From Rhodospirillales bacterium (GTDB taxonomy: Bacteria > Pseudomonadota > Alphaproteobacteria > Rhodospirillales > SHVQ01), in the NCBI GenBank assembly GCA_009694195.1, contig SHVQ01000012.1, forward strand, positions 591 to 64,590: a stretch of 64,000 bases of DNA, in the 5' to 3' direction. This document shows, piece after piece, positions 17,545-27,508 of the stretch. The notes beneath the pieces are model-generated. The model did no database searches. It worked only from the letters and a program-made list of their open reading frames with translations, and was not told the DNA's origin. A program made the position numbers and the translations under genes. The number at the start of each line of letters is the position of its first letter. Position 1 is the first letter of the stretch.

Positions 17545-17977
17545 ATGAAAGTCAGCGACATCTTGAAGGCGAAGGGGAACCGGGTCGTCACCGTGCGCCC
17601 CGACGAAGCCGTTTCCACGTTCATCAAGCGACTCAGGCTCGAAAAGATCGGGGCCATGGTCGTGACCGAGGACGATGTCACGGTCGTCGGCCTGATCACC
17701 GAGCGCGACGTGGTGCATGGCCTGGCCAGCGAGGGAGCCGGGGTGCTCGCGAAGCAAGTCCGCGACTTGATGACGCGAACGGCCGTCACCTGCGCGCCCG
17801 ATGACAGCGTCCAGGAGGTGATGGTCAAGATGACCCAGCGCCGGACGCGCCATCTCCCCGTGATCGACGGCCATAGGGCTCGCCGGCATGATCAGCATCG
17901 GCGACGTGGTGAAAAGCCGGCTTGAGAACGCGGAGCTGGAGGCGAACGCGCTCCGCGACTACATCACCGCCAGTTAA
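17545..17977 (+). pseudogene. CBS-pair domain protein with an apparent 1-nt frameshift, or a sequencing error
   Basis: Frame 1 reads MKVSDILKAKG...RHLPVIDGHR and then junk to a TGA at 17925. From ~17876 the next frame reads GLAGMISIGDVVKSRLENAELEANALRDYITAS*, the canonical C-terminus. The span is 433 nt, that is 144 codons plus 1 nt. Confidence 0.6.
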
Positions 17978-17998
17978 TTGATATCGGGTGAGCGCGCG

Positions 17999-18949
17999 TC
18001 ACGCCTTGAAATCCAGCCCCCAGTCGCGGAAGCGCTCGGGGTCGTTGCCCCAGTTCTCGCGCACCTTGACGAACAAGAAGAGGTGCACCTGGCAGTCGAG
18101 GATGGCTTGGAGCTCCTTCCGCGCGGCCGCGCCGATCGCCTTCACCTGGCGCCCGCCCTTGCCGAGCACGATCGCCTTTTGGGAATCGCGCTCGACGTAG
18201 ATCACCTGGTCGATCTTGACGCTGCCGTCGGCGCGGTCTTCCCAGCGCTCGGTCTCCACCGTCGCCTTGTAGGGCAGCTCCTTCCGGAGCTGGAGGTAGA
18301 GCTGCTCACGGGTGATCTCGGCCGCCATCAGGCGCTCCGGCATGTCGGAGAGCTCGTCCGAGGGGAACAGCCACGGCCCCTCCGGCATGCGCCCGGCCAG
18401 CGCGGCGACCATGTCGTCGACGCCGTCCCCGGTCGTGGCCGAGATCATGAACGTCTCGGTAAAAATACCCTCGCGGTAGAGCGGGTCGGCGAGCGCCAGC
18501 AGCGCCGGCTTATTCACGGCGTCGACCTTGTTGATCGCCAGCACCACCTTGCGGCGGCTTTGCTTCAGCCGCTCGACGATCGCCCGGGTATCCCTGTCGA
18601 CCCCCCTGACGGCGTCGACCAGGAGCACGATCTCGTCGGCCTCCGACGCCCCCGCCCACGCCGCCGCCACCATCGCGCGGTCGAGCCGGCGTTGCGGCTT
18701 GAAGATGCCGGGCGTATCGACGAACACGACCTGCGTCTTGCCGGTGATGAGGATGCCGCGCACGCGGGTGCGCGTTGTCTGCACCTTCGGCGAAACGATG
18801 GAGACCTTGGCGCCGACGACGCGGTTGAGCAGCGTCGACTTGCCGACGTTGGGCGCCCCTATGATGGCGATGAAGCCCGCGCGCGCGCCTTCCGCGGGCG
18901 TCGGGGGGGCCGCCGCCGGCGACGCCTCAGCCACCGTCCCCTCCCGCAC
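17999..18949 (-). CDS. era: GTPase Era
   Basis: GAPNVGKSTLLN, DTPG, NKVD and a C-terminal KH domain. Confidence 0.95.
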   Translation of the reverse strand: MREGTVAEASPAAAPPTPAEGARAGFIAIIGAPNVGKSTLLNRVVGAKVSIVSPKVQTTRTRVRGILITGKTQVVFVDTPGIFKPQRRLDRAMVAAAWAGASEADEIVLLVDAVRGVDRDTRAIVERLKQSRRKVVLAINKVDAVNKPALLALADPLYREGIFTETFMISATTGDGVDDMVAALAGRMPEGPWLFPSDELSDMPERLMAAEITREQLYLQLRKELPYKATVETERWEDRADGSVKIDQVIYVERDSQKAIVLGKGGRQVKAIGAAARKELQAILDCQVHLFLFVKVRENWGNDPERFRDWGLDFKA

Positions 18950-19646
18950 TTTGGCCTTCCCGGATGCGGTCCAGCAGGATCTGCGCCGCCGCCTGCTCCG
19001 CCACCCGCTTCGATGCGCCGACGCCGACGGCGGGCTCTTGGCCGGCGACCGCGACCTCGATCGAGAAGGTGGGCGCGTGCGACGGGCCCTCGCGCCCGCG
19101 CTCGCGGTACTCCGGAAGCGCGAGGCCGCGGCCCTGCGCCCATTCCTGCAGCGCGGTCTTGGCGTCTTTCGGGGCCGTCGGATAGGCGTCGAGCAACGGC
19201 GCCCAGTGGCGCTCGATGAACCGGGACGCCGTTTCGAACCCGCCGTCCAGGTAGAGCGCGGCGATCACCGCCTCGCAGGTGTCGGAGAGGAGCGCCGGAT
19301 TGCGCCGCCCACCCATCTCCTCCTCGCCCGGCGACATGATCATGTGGGGCGCGAGGCCGATCGCCGCCGCCACCTGCGCCAGCGTCTCCCGCCGCGTGAG
19401 CGCGGTGAAGCGCGACGCGAGGCCGCCCTCGGGCTCGCCCTGAAACTTGCGGAACAGGAGCTCGGCGACGACGAGCCCGAGCACCCGGTCGCCCAGGAAC
19501 TCGAGCCGCTCGTTGGACGGTGAACGCGGCCACCCGCCGCCCGCGGTGCTGGAATGCGTCAGGGCCTGGGTCAGGAGATCGCGGTCGCGGAAGACATGGC
19601 CGAGCGCGGATTCGAGCGCGTTCCGGCCGTCGCCCGCGTCGCTCAT
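18927..19646 (-). CDS. rnc: ribonuclease III
   Basis: NERLEFLGDRVLG signature and a C-terminal dsRBD. Confidence 0.95.
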   Translation of the reverse strand: MSDAGDGRNALESALGHVFRDRDLLTQALTHSSTAGGGWPRSPSNERLEFLGDRVLGLVVAELLFRKFQGEPEGGLASRFTALTRRETLAQVAAAIGLAPHMIMSPGEEEMGGRRNPALLSDTCEAVIAALYLDGGFETASRFIERHWAPLLDAYPTAPKDAKTALQEWAQGRGLALPEYRERGREGPSHAPTFSIEVAVAGQEPAVGVGASKRVAEQAAAQILLDRIREGQSAGGDGG

Positions 19647-20386
19647 TCGATCGCCTTGAAGAACCGCTCGAAGCGGAGCGAGTCCGGCCAGCGCCAGAAC
19701 TCCCAGAGCTTGCCGTCGACGGAGAAGAACAGGAACTCGGCGCGCCCGACGAGGTTCTGGCGGGGCACGGTGCCGACCTCGTCGAGGAAGCGGCTGTCGC
19801 GCGACCGGTCGCGGTTGTCGCCCATGACGAAGTAATGCTTCGGCGGCACGGTGTAGACATCCGTCGTGTCCGACGGGCTGTCCTCCGTCGCCTCGGTGAT
19901 GTGGTGGGCATGGCCGTTCGGAAACGTCTCGAGATAGCGGGGAATGCGGCGGAACTTGCCGGCGCCGTCGCGCTCGACAAGGTCTTCGGCGCGCTGGCGC
20001 TTGACCGGCTCGCCGTTGATGTAGAGGACGCTGTTGCGAAGCTGCACCGTGTCGCCGGGAAGCCCGACCACGCGCTTGATGTAGTCGGTGCGGTTGTCGG
20101 TCGGCAGCTTGAAGACGGTGACGTCGCCGCGCGTGGGTTCCCGGAAGAAGACGCGCTCAGGAATCAGCGGCAGGCTGAACGGCAGCGAGTAGCGGCTGTA
20201 GCCGTAGGAGAACTTGGAGACGAACAGGTAGTCGCCGATCAGCAGCGTCGGAATCATCGAGCCGGACGGGATGTTGAACGGCTCATAGGCGACCGTGCGG
20301 ATCGCGAGCGCAATGAGGATCGCGTAGATGACGGTCTTGATCGTCTCGGCGAAGCCGCTGGTCTTTTTCGGGGCCATCCGCAACAA
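19643..20386 (-). CDS. lepB: signal peptidase I
   Basis: IPSGSMIPTLLIGD and GDNRDRSRDSR boxes. A 4-nt overlap with the rnc start. Confidence 0.93.
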   Translation of the reverse strand: MLRMAPKKTSGFAETIKTVIYAILIALAIRTVAYEPFNIPSGSMIPTLLIGDYLFVSKFSYGYSRYSLPFSLPLIPERVFFREPTRGDVTVFKLPTDNRTDYIKRVVGLPGDTVQLRNSVLYINGEPVKRQRAEDLVERDGAGKFRRIPRYLETFPNGHAHHITEATEDSPSDTTDVYTVPPKHYFVMGDNRDRSRDSRFLDEVGTVPRQNLVGRAEFLFFSVDGKLWEFWRWPDSLRFERFFKAIE

Positions 20387-20492
20387 CCGAACGTCTCAGG
20401 GCCTCTGCGGCGACGTCGCCGAAAACCGCCTGAAAATCAGCCCCCCACGGGGCCTTTGGGGCGGCCGATCAAGCCAGCCGTGCCGGCCGAAG

Positions 20493-20903
20493 TCAAGGCG
20501 CATCGTCATGCCGGACGGCCGAAATCAACACGACGGCCTGGGCCATCGGGTACTCGTCGGTGAGCGTCACGTCGATCTGCGCCCGCATGCCGCTGGGCAC
20601 GAGCCGGCCGAGCCGCAGGAGCGCTCCGCCCGAAAGCGTGAGAAAGGGCTTGCCGGACGGAAAATTGTCGACCGCCATGTCGCGCCAGAACACCCCCTCG
20701 CGGAAGCCGGTGCCGAGCGCCTTCGCGCACGCTTCCTTCGCGGCATAGCGAATCGCGTAAGCCGCCGCGCGGTCGCGCCGGCGCTCCGAGCGCTCGCGCT
20801 CGCGGGGCGTGAAGATGCGTTGGGTGAAGCGGTCGCCGAACCGCGCAAGCGTGCGCTCGACGCGGCGGATGTCGCAGAGGTCTGTGCCGAGGCCGATGAT
20901 CAT
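20493..20903 (-). CDS. acpS: holo-[acyl-carrier-protein] synthase
   Basis: [14 protein letters not shown]...FAAKEA-type motifs, 136 aa. Confidence 0.9.
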   Translation of the reverse strand: MIIGLGTDLCDIRRVERTLARFGDRFTQRIFTPRERERSERRRDRAAAYAIRYAAKEACAKALGTGFREGVFWRDMAVDNFPSGKPFLTLSGGALLRLGRLVPSGMRAQIDVTLTDEYPMAQAVVLISAVRHDDAP

Positions 20904-20919
20904 GCAGAATGTGCCGGAA

Positions 20920-21681
20920 TCACGCCGAGCGCCGGCCGACCGCGTCCGAGCGCGCCTTGTCCATCAGCGCCCGCATGCGTTTGATCACGCTCTCGAGGCC
21001 GCCGAAGATCGCCTCGCCGATGAGGAAGTGGCCGATGTTGAGCTCGACGATCGTCGGTATGGCGGCGACCGGCGCCACGGTATCGAACGTGAGACCGTGC
21101 CCGGCGTGACATTCGAGACCGATCTCTTCGGCGTGCGCCGCGGCCTTCACGATCCGCTCAAGCTCGCGGGCCCGTGTCGCCACATCCTCCGCCTCGCAAT
21201 AGGCGCCCGTGTGAATCTCGACCACCGGCGCGCCGAGCTTGACCGCCGCGTCGAGCTGCCGAGGATCGGCCTCGATAAAGAGCGAGACGCGGATGCCGGC
21301 GTCCTTCAGCCGTTTTACCACCGGCGCGAGATGGTTATGACCGCCCGCCGCGTCGAGCCCGCCCTCGGTCGTCCGCTCCTCGCGTTTCTCCGGCACGAGG
21401 CAGGCGGCGTGCGGCTTGTGCCGGACCGCGATCCCGACCATCTCGTCGGTCGCCGCCATCTCGAAGTTGAGCGGCACCTTCAGATCGCGCATGAGGTGCT
21501 GGATGTCGTCGTCCACGATGTGGCGGCGATCCTCGCGCAAGTGCGCGGTGATGCCGTCGGCGCCCGCCTGCTCGGCGAGAAGCGCCGCCCTGACGGGATC
21601 GGGGTAGCGACCGCCGCGCGCGTTGCGGACGGTCGCCACGTGATCGACGTTGACGCCCAGGCGAAGATGGCGAGAGCGCAC
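20920..21681 (-). CDS. pdxJ: pyridoxine 5'-phosphate synthase
   Basis: [29 protein letters not shown]. Confidence 0.93.
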   Translation of the reverse strand: MRSRHLRLGVNVDHVATVRNARGGRYPDPVRAALLAEQAGADGITAHLREDRRHIVDDDIQHLMRDLKVPLNFEMAATDEMVGIAVRHKPHAACLVPEKREERTTEGGLDAAGGHNHLAPVVKRLKDAGIRVSLFIEADPRQLDAAVKLGAPVVEIHTGAYCEAEDVATRARELERIVKAAAHAEEIGLECHAGHGLTFDTVAPVAAIPTIVELNIGHFLIGEAIFGGLESVIKRMRALMDKARSDAVGRRSA

Positions 21682-21694
21682 CGGCCCGCCCGTC

Positions 21695-22234
21695 CTACTT
21701 CACCACGCCGCAGGCGATGCGGGCGCCGCCGCCGCCGAGGGGCGCCGGAGCGTCGGAGTAATTGTCCTCGCCCGCGTGGATCATAATCGCCTTCCCGGCC
21801 GCGTCCTTCACCTTGAGACGCGGAGCGAGCACCGGCACCGTGGCCGTGCCGTTCGCGTCCACGATCAGCACGGACATGTCGCCGAGGTGCCCCGCTTTGT
21901 TGTGGGGGCCGTGATGCGTGCCGGTTTTCTCGGGATCGTAATGGCCGCCCGCCGCGAGGCCGGGCGCCGGCTGGCCTTGGGGATTGGGGCCGGGGCCGCA
22001 GTCACCCTTCTCGTGCAAGTGGAACCCGCGCGTGCCCGCGGGCAAGCCCTTCAGGTTCGGTTCGACCACGAGTCCTTGCTTCGAATCGCGGAGCGTGAGG
22101 GTGCCGATCGACGCCCCGACGCCGGTCGCGCTGATCGTATTGACGGTGACGGTTTTGGTCGCCGCCTCGGCCGTCCCGGCCGCGACGACGCCGCCCGCAA
22201 TCAGGGCGATTCCGGTCAAAATAACCTTACGCAT
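21695..22234 (-). CDS. sodC: periplasmic Cu,Zn superoxide dismutase
   Basis: Signal peptide, then [26 protein letters not shown]. Confidence 0.9.
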   Translation of the reverse strand: MRKVILTGIALIAGGVVAAGTAEAATKTVTVNTISATGVGASIGTLTLRDSKQGLVVEPNLKGLPAGTRGFHLHEKGDCGPGPNPQGQPAPGLAAGGHYDPEKTGTHHGPHNKAGHLGDMSVLIVDANGTATVPVLAPRLKVKDAAGKAIMIHAGEDNYSDAPAPLGGGGARIACGVVK

Positions 22235-22307
22235 GAATACCTCCCATTGGTTGATGGAGCCCGCCCGCGTGTCACCTTAGCGCGACCGAAAGCGGGTACG
22301 AAAGCCC

Positions 22308-24446
22308 TTATCCGCGTGCGCGCTCGACCGCATTGATGTTGGGGTTCGCCCGCAGCGCGGCGATGATCTCGGCCAGGTGCTTCACGTCGCGCACCTCGAT
22401 ATCGACGTTGAAATCGAAGAAGTCGGTCGAGCGGTTGGTGATCTTGAGATTGGTGATATTGCCGCCGTTTCTGGCGATGACGGTCGAGAGCTCGCCGAGC
22501 GTGCCCGGTGCGTTGAGGACGGTCAGATTGATGCGGCCGACGTGAATTTTGTCGCTGTCGGAATCCGCTTCCCAGGAGACATCCAGCCAACGCTCCGGCT
22601 GGTCGTGGTAGGTCTCCAGCGTCTCGCAGTCGATGGTGTGGATCGTGACCCCTTTGCCGGTCGTGACGATCCCGCAGATGCGGTCTCCCGGCAGCGGATG
22701 GCAACAGCCGGCGATGTGCATCGCCATGCCCGGAATGAGCCCCTTGATCGGGACGCCGCTGCTTTTCGGCTTCGCGTGAGGGCGCTCGAGGGGGACGACC
22801 TTGCCGTCGTCGAGGCGCTTCTTCTTGGTGCGGGGAAAGACGGCTTCGACCACCGCGCGGCTGGTGATCAAGCCGGAGCCCACGTGGGCCACAAGATCGT
22901 CGACGGCCGGCACGTTGAACACCTTGAGCACGCCGTGCACGGCCTTGTCCGAGTATTCGTAGTCTTCCTCGCGGAACGCCTTTTTCAGGATCGATTGACC
23001 GAGCTTCAAATACTGCTCGCGTTCCTGCATGCGGACGAAGCGGCGAATGCGGGCGCGCGCCTTGCCGGTGACGACGAACCGCTCCCAGGTCGGCGACGGC
23101 GTCTGCGCCTTCGAGGTCACGATCTCCACCTGGTCGCCGTTCCGGAGCTCGGTGCGGAGCGGCATCATGCGGCCGTTGATCTTGGCGCCGACGCAATGGT
23201 CGCCGACCGCCGAGTGCACGGAATAGGCGAAGTCGACCGGGGTGGCTCCGCGCGGGAGATTGATGAGGTCGCCCTTCGGCGTGAAGCAGAACACCTGGTC
23301 CTGGAACATCTCGAGCTTGGTGTGCTCGAGGAACTCCTCCGGGCCCGCCGCGTGCTCGAGAATTTCCAAAAGCTCGCGGAGCCATCGGTACTGGCGGCCG
23401 TCGACCTTGGCGCCCTGCTTGTATTGCCAGTGGGCGGCGACGCCGAACTCGGCGATCTCGTTCATTTCGCGCGTGCGGATCTGGGTCTCGATGCGCTGGC
23501 GCTCGGGGCCGAAGACACCCGTGTGGAGCGAACGATAGCCGTTCGGCTTCGGGGTCGAGAGATAGTCCTTGAACCGGCCGGGAACCACGGAATAGGCGCC
23601 GTGGATGACACCGAGCGCCCGGTAGCAGTCGTCGAGCGACTCGACGATGACCCGGAACCCCATGATGTCCGAGAGCTGCCCGAAGGCGATGTCCTTCCGC
23701 TGCATCTTCCGCCAGATGGAGTACGGCGTCTTCTCGCGGCCGAAGACGGACGCCGTCAGGCCGGATGCTTTCAGCGTCGAGCGGAGCTCGTCGAGCACGC
23801 GCTCGACCACGTTCTCGCCCTGCGAGCGGAGGAAATCGAGCCGCCGCACGACCGAGTTGCGGGCATCCGGATTGAGCTGCGAGAACGCCAGGTCCTCGAG
23901 CTCGTTCTTCATCTCCTGCATGCCCATGCGTTCGGCCAGCGGCGCATAGATCTCCATCGTCTCCATGGCGATCTTGCGGCGCTTTTCCGGGTCCTTGACG
24001 TGCCCGAGCGTGCGCATGTTGTGGAGGCGGTCGGCGAGCTTGACGAGGAGGACGCGGATGTCCTCGGACATCGCGAGCACGAGCTTGCGGAAGTTCTCGG
24101 CCTGCTTCGTCTGATCCGACTGGAACTCGATCCGCGTGAGCTTGGTCACCCCGTCGACGAGGCGGGCGACTTCGGGCCCGAAATGGCCCTCGATCTCCGA
24201 AAGAGTCGCGCTCGTGTCTTCGACGGTGTCGTGCAGGAGCGCGGTTACGATGGTGGCCGTATCCACCTTGTAGTTGGTGAGGATGCCGGCGACCTCAATG
24301 GGGTGGGAAAAGTAGGGATGGCCGGAGGCCCGCTGCTGGGCGCCGTGGGCCCGCATCGCGAAGACATAAGCCCGATTGAGGGCGTCCTCGTCGGCGCCGC
24401 CGTCGTAGCTCTTCACCTTTTCGACCAGCTGGTACTGACGGATCAT
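22308..24446 (-). CDS. spoT: bifunctional (p)ppGpp synthetase/hydrolase (RelA/SpoT homolog)
   Basis: HD hydrolase domain (HPIEVA...LLHDTVEDT), synthetase domain (YRSLHT), and TGS and ACT domains. Confidence 0.95.
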   Translation of the reverse strand: MIRQYQLVEKVKSYDGGADEDALNRAYVFAMRAHGAQQRASGHPYFSHPIEVAGILTNYKVDTATIVTALLHDTVEDTSATLSEIEGHFGPEVARLVDGVTKLTRIEFQSDQTKQAENFRKLVLAMSEDIRVLLVKLADRLHNMRTLGHVKDPEKRRKIAMETMEIYAPLAERMGMQEMKNELEDLAFSQLNPDARNSVVRRLDFLRSQGENVVERVLDELRSTLKASGLTASVFGREKTPYSIWRKMQRKDIAFGQLSDIMGFRVIVESLDDCYRALGVIHGAYSVVPGRFKDYLSTPKPNGYRSLHTGVFGPERQRIETQIRTREMNEIAEFGVAAHWQYKQGAKVDGRQYRWLRELLEILEHAAGPEEFLEHTKLEMFQDQVFCFTPKGDLINLPRGATPVDFAYSVHSAVGDHCVGAKINGRMMPLRTELRNGDQVEIVTSKAQTPSPTWERFVVTGKARARIRRFVRMQEREQYLKLGQSILKKAFREEDYEYSDKAVHGVLKVFNVPAVDDLVAHVGSGLITSRAVVEAVFPRTKKKRLDDGKVVPLERPHAKPKSSGVPIKGLIPGMAMHIAGCCHPLPGDRICGIVTTGKGVTIHTIDCETLETYHDQPERWLDVSWEADSDSDKIHVGRINLTVLNAPGTLGELSTVIARNGGNITNLKITNRSTDFFDFNVDIEVRDVKHLAEIIAALRANPNINAVERARG

Positions 24447-24522
24447 CGCGGCCCTCGGGTTACGGCGCCACGCCGGGCCCTCGACGGGAGGGCGGGACCG
24501 ATAGGCGGCGCCGCCTCAGCGA

Positions 24523-24978
24523 TTACGGCGCCGACGACTCGCTCGCGTCGTCTTCTTCCGCAATACCCAGGGACGCATCCTCGGCCATTCCCTCCGGCAT
24601 GATCTCGCCGAATTCGTCCATGGCCGCCGCATCGTCTTCGAAACGCATGGCATCGATGCCGTCGGCGGCGGCACCCGCTTCGCCCTTTTCGGCCTGAGGC
24701 TCCGCCTGAATCGCGGCCAAGTCCATTTCTTCCTCGACCGGCTCGTCCATCTCGACGATTTTCTGCATCCCCTTCACGAGGTTGCTCTCGATCTCCTTGA
24801 TCGAAATCGATTCCGCCGCGATCTCGCGGAGCGAAATAACCGGGTTCTTGTCGTTGTCGCGATCGACGGTGAGCGGGGCGCCGGCGGCAATCTGCCGGGC
24901 GCGCTGCGCAGCCAACATCACCAGCTCGAACCGGTTCGGAATCTTGAGGACGCAATCTTCGACCGTAACGCGCGCCAT
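24523..24978 (-). CDS. rpoZ: DNA-directed RNA polymerase subunit omega
   Basis: Start at [29 protein letters not shown]. Acidic C-terminal tail. Confidence 0.9.
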   Translation of the reverse strand: MARVTVEDCVLKIPNRFELVMLAAQRARQIAAGAPLTVDRDNDKNPVISLREIAAESISIKEIESNLVKGMQKIVEMDEPVEEEMDLAAIQAEPQAEKGEAGAAADGIDAMRFEDDAAAMDEFGEIMPEGMAEDASLGIAEEDDASESSAP

Positions 24979-25098
24979 TCGGGACCCTCCTTGCGAGCGC
25001 AATCACATGAAACTGCTGAGTTTATATATTGCGCCCCGCACGGCAAAGCAAGGCAATTGGCCGCGATTCAGGGCGATATAGGGTTAACGGGCTCGGTT

Positions 25099-25253
25099 CG
25101 TCGTTCCCGCGTCCAGCCTTCGCAGCCGAAGCGGCTGCTTCGGCGGAGTAGGCAAAGCGGGAACCCAGTCTTGTCTTAAGTGCTGGACCCCGGCTCTCGC
25201 TCAGGGTCTGCGGGGAATCCCCGCAAGAGGCCCCTTGGCTCGGCCGGGGTGAC
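25099..25253. repeat. REP family A element, opposite orientation to the 15349 copy, with extended hairpins
   Basis: The first 74 nt (25099..25172) match the reverse complement of 15381..15454 at 73 of 74 positions by my manual alignment. Confidence 0.8.
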
Positions 25254-25265
25254 GAGGGAGGGAAG

Positions 25266-25868
25266 TCACCGCGTCTCCCGCCAGTCGGTTCCGAAGCGAC
25301 CCTTGCCGGGCTGCATCGGCACGGCGTCTCCGGAACGTCCCAGCTCCTCCAAAAGCTCGGCGGCGGTCCGCTTGAGAACGGGATGACGCCAGTCGGGTGC
25401 GAGGTCCGTCAACGGGACCAGCACGAACGCGCGCTCGTGCAGTCGCGGATGGGGCAAGATGGGGCCGCTGTCGCGGCCGTCCGTAACGCAGTCGTCATAG
25501 GCGAGCAGATCGAGGTCGAGCACCCGGGCCACGTTCGCCACGCCGCGGATGCGCCCGAAGTCGCGTTCGACCGCGTGCATGAGGGCGAGGAGCGCCGACG
25601 GCGCAAGCTTCGTCCGCACCTCGACGGCTGCGTTGACGTACCAAGGCTGATCGGAGGCGGGAACCGGCGCCGACCGGTACCAGGGCGACGCGCGGGTGAC
25701 AGTGACGCCGCCCTTCGTCAGCGCCGCCAACGCGGCTCCGCACGTGGTCCGCGGCTCGCCGTACCGCAGGGTCGGCAGGTTCGCCCCTATTCCGATGAAG
25801 ATCAAAGCGGTAACCCTCGGGCGCCCCTTGTCGAGCTCTCGGCTGCCACTTAAACTTACATTTATCAT
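25266..25868 (-). CDS. folK: 2-amino-4-hydroxy-6-hydroxymethyldihydropteridine diphosphokinase
   Basis: IGIGANL, ASPWYRSAPV, RVLDLDLL, LPHPRLHERAFVLVPL. The start is uncertain. Confidence 0.85.
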   Translation of the reverse strand: MINVSLSGSRELDKGRPRVTALIFIGIGANLPTLRYGEPRTTCGAALAALTKGGVTVTRASPWYRSAPVPASDQPWYVNAAVEVRTKLAPSALLALMHAVERDFGRIRGVANVARVLDLDLLAYDDCVTDGRDSGPILPHPRLHERAFVLVPLTDLAPDWRHPVLKRTAAELLEELGRSGDAVPMQPGKGRFGTDWRETR

Positions 25869-25977
25869 ACACCTTCAAATCCGGTCCGCTCACGGCAAGG
25901 CCGGAGGGTGCGCTATCGATCCTCGCGTAGTATTTTAGAAATTGGTCGTAACACAATAATAAAAATAGGTATTTATA

Positions 25978-26571
25978 ATGAACTTTTACCCCCAGGACCG
26001 CATCGCTCTCTTCATCGACGGAGCCAACCTCTATGCCGCAACGCGGGCCCTCGGCTTCGACATTGATTACAAGCGTCTGCTCAATCTCTTCGCCTCAAAG
26101 GGCCGCCTCGTCCGCGCCTTCTATTACACGGCGCTGATCAACGAGCAGGAGTATTCGCCGATCCGCCCCCTCGTGGATTGGCTCGACTACAACGGCTACA
26201 CCATGGTTACCAAGCCGACCAAGGAGTTCACCGACGGCGACGGGCGCCGCAAGATCAAGGGCAACATGGATATCGAGCTCGCCATCGACCTGATGGAAAT
26301 GGCCGAGCACCTCGATCATGCGGTGATTTTCTCGGGCGACGGCGACTTCCGCCGTCTGGTCGAAGCGGTCCAGCGGAAAGGACGCCGCGTGAGCGTCGTC
26401 AGCACGATCCGAACCCAGCCGCCGATGATCGCGGACGAGTTGCGCCGGCAGGCCGACAACTTCATCGAGCTGCAGGATCTGCAGCCGCAGATCAACCGGA
26501 CCCTGGCGACGCCCAACGGCCCCCGGGCCGAGCCCGTTCTCACGCCTCCATCCGAGATGGAATCCGTGTAG
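25978..26571 (+). CDS. NYN/LabA-like domain protein
   Basis: RIALFIDGANLY...GNMDIELAID...VIFSGDGDF. AT-rich promoter region upstream. Confidence 0.8.
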   Translation: MNFYPQDRIALFIDGANLYAATRALGFDIDYKRLLNLFASKGRLVRAFYYTALINEQEYSPIRPLVDWLDYNGYTMVTKPTKEFTDGDGRRKIKGNMDIELAIDLMEMAEHLDHAVIFSGDGDFRRLVEAVQRKGRRVSVVSTIRTQPPMIADELRRQADNFIELQDLQPQINRTLATPNGPRAEPVLTPPSEMESV

Positions 26572-26596
26572 TATCGGCCGACGTTTCGTTCGTCAT

Positions 26597-27274
26597 TTGG
26601 CCGAGAGTACGCCCTGCATGGCCACGCGCCTGCTCACGCCTCCGCGCGGCTGTTCCCTTTGCCCCCGCCTCGCCGAGTTCCGCGAGAAAAATCGCGCGGC
26701 GTTTCCGGCCTGGCACAACGCGCCGGTGGAGGCCTTCGGGCCCGGCGACGGGCGGCTCGACCGCGCCAAGCTCCTCATCGTCGGCCTCGCCCCCGGGCTC
26801 AAGGGGGCCAACCGCACGGGACGCCCGTTCACCGGCGATTTTGCGGGCGATCTTCTCTATCCGAGCCTGATCAAGTTCGGGCTCGCCGAAGGGGCCTACG
26901 GCAGGCAAGCCGCGGACGGCCTCACGCTCACCGACTGCCGGCTCACCAACGCGGTGCGCTGCGTGCCGCCCCTCAACCGCCCGACCCCCGCCGAGATGAA
27001 GACCTGCCGCAAGTTCCTCGCGAGCGAGATCGCCGCCCTGCCCGCGCTCCGCGCCGTTCTCGCGCTGGGCGCGATCGCGCACGAGAGCGTGCTCGCGGTG
27101 TTCGCGCAGCGGAAATCCGCGTGGCCCTTCAAGCACGCGGCGGTTCACCGCTTGCCGGGCGCGCCTGTTCTCGTCGACAGCTACCACTGCTCGCGCCAGA
27201 ACACGAACACCGGCCGCCTCACCGAAGCGATGTTCCACGCCGTGATCGCGGAGGTCCAGCGGATCGTTCGATAG
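26597..27274 (+). CDS. uracil-DNA glycosylase superfamily protein (family 4/5-like)
   Basis: CSLCPRL, GLAPGLKGANRTGRPFTGD, HCSRQN. GLAPG rather than GEAPG suggests the family-5 type. Confidence 0.8.
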   Translation: MAESTPCMATRLLTPPRGCSLCPRLAEFREKNRAAFPAWHNAPVEAFGPGDGRLDRAKLLIVGLAPGLKGANRTGRPFTGDFAGDLLYPSLIKFGLAEGAYGRQAADGLTLTDCRLTNAVRCVPPLNRPTPAEMKTCRKFLASEIAALPALRAVLALGAIAHESVLAVFAQRKSAWPFKHAAVHRLPGAPVLVDSYHCSRQNTNTGRLTEAMFHAVIAEVQRIVR

Positions 27275-27282
27275 TAAGCCGT

Positions 27283-27293
27283 CCCCCCCCCCC
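27283..27293. repeat. C11 homopolymer
   Basis: Eleven consecutive C residues, 2 nt upstream of the ATG at 27296. Confidence 0.9.
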
Positions 27294-27295
27294 AC

Positions 27296-27508
27296 ATGGA
27301 GACCGCCATGGCCGCGGAGATCGTCAATCTACGCCGGCACCGGAAAGGAAAAGCCCGCGCCGAGAAGGAACAGGCGGCGCGGGAGAACCGCGTCCGCTTC
27401 GGCCGCACGAAGGAACAGAACGCGCGGCTTCGATTCGATCGCGAGCGGCCGGAGAAGGCGCTTTCGGCGAAGCGCTTGGAGGAAAAGCGCGACGAGCCCG
27501 AGTCCTAA
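27296..27508 (+). CDS. DUF4169-like small basic protein
   Basis: AEIVNLRRHRKGKARAEKEQAARENRVRFGRTKEQ matches my recollection of DUF4169. The start may be 27296 or 27308. Confidence 0.65.
   Translation: METAMAAEIVNLRRHRKGKARAEKEQAARENRVRFGRTKEQNARLRFDRERPEKALSAKRLEEKRDEPES

Noticed and set aside
22377-24602. 741-aa ORF on the plus strand
   Set aside because: Antisense to spoT and rpoZ. Artefact.
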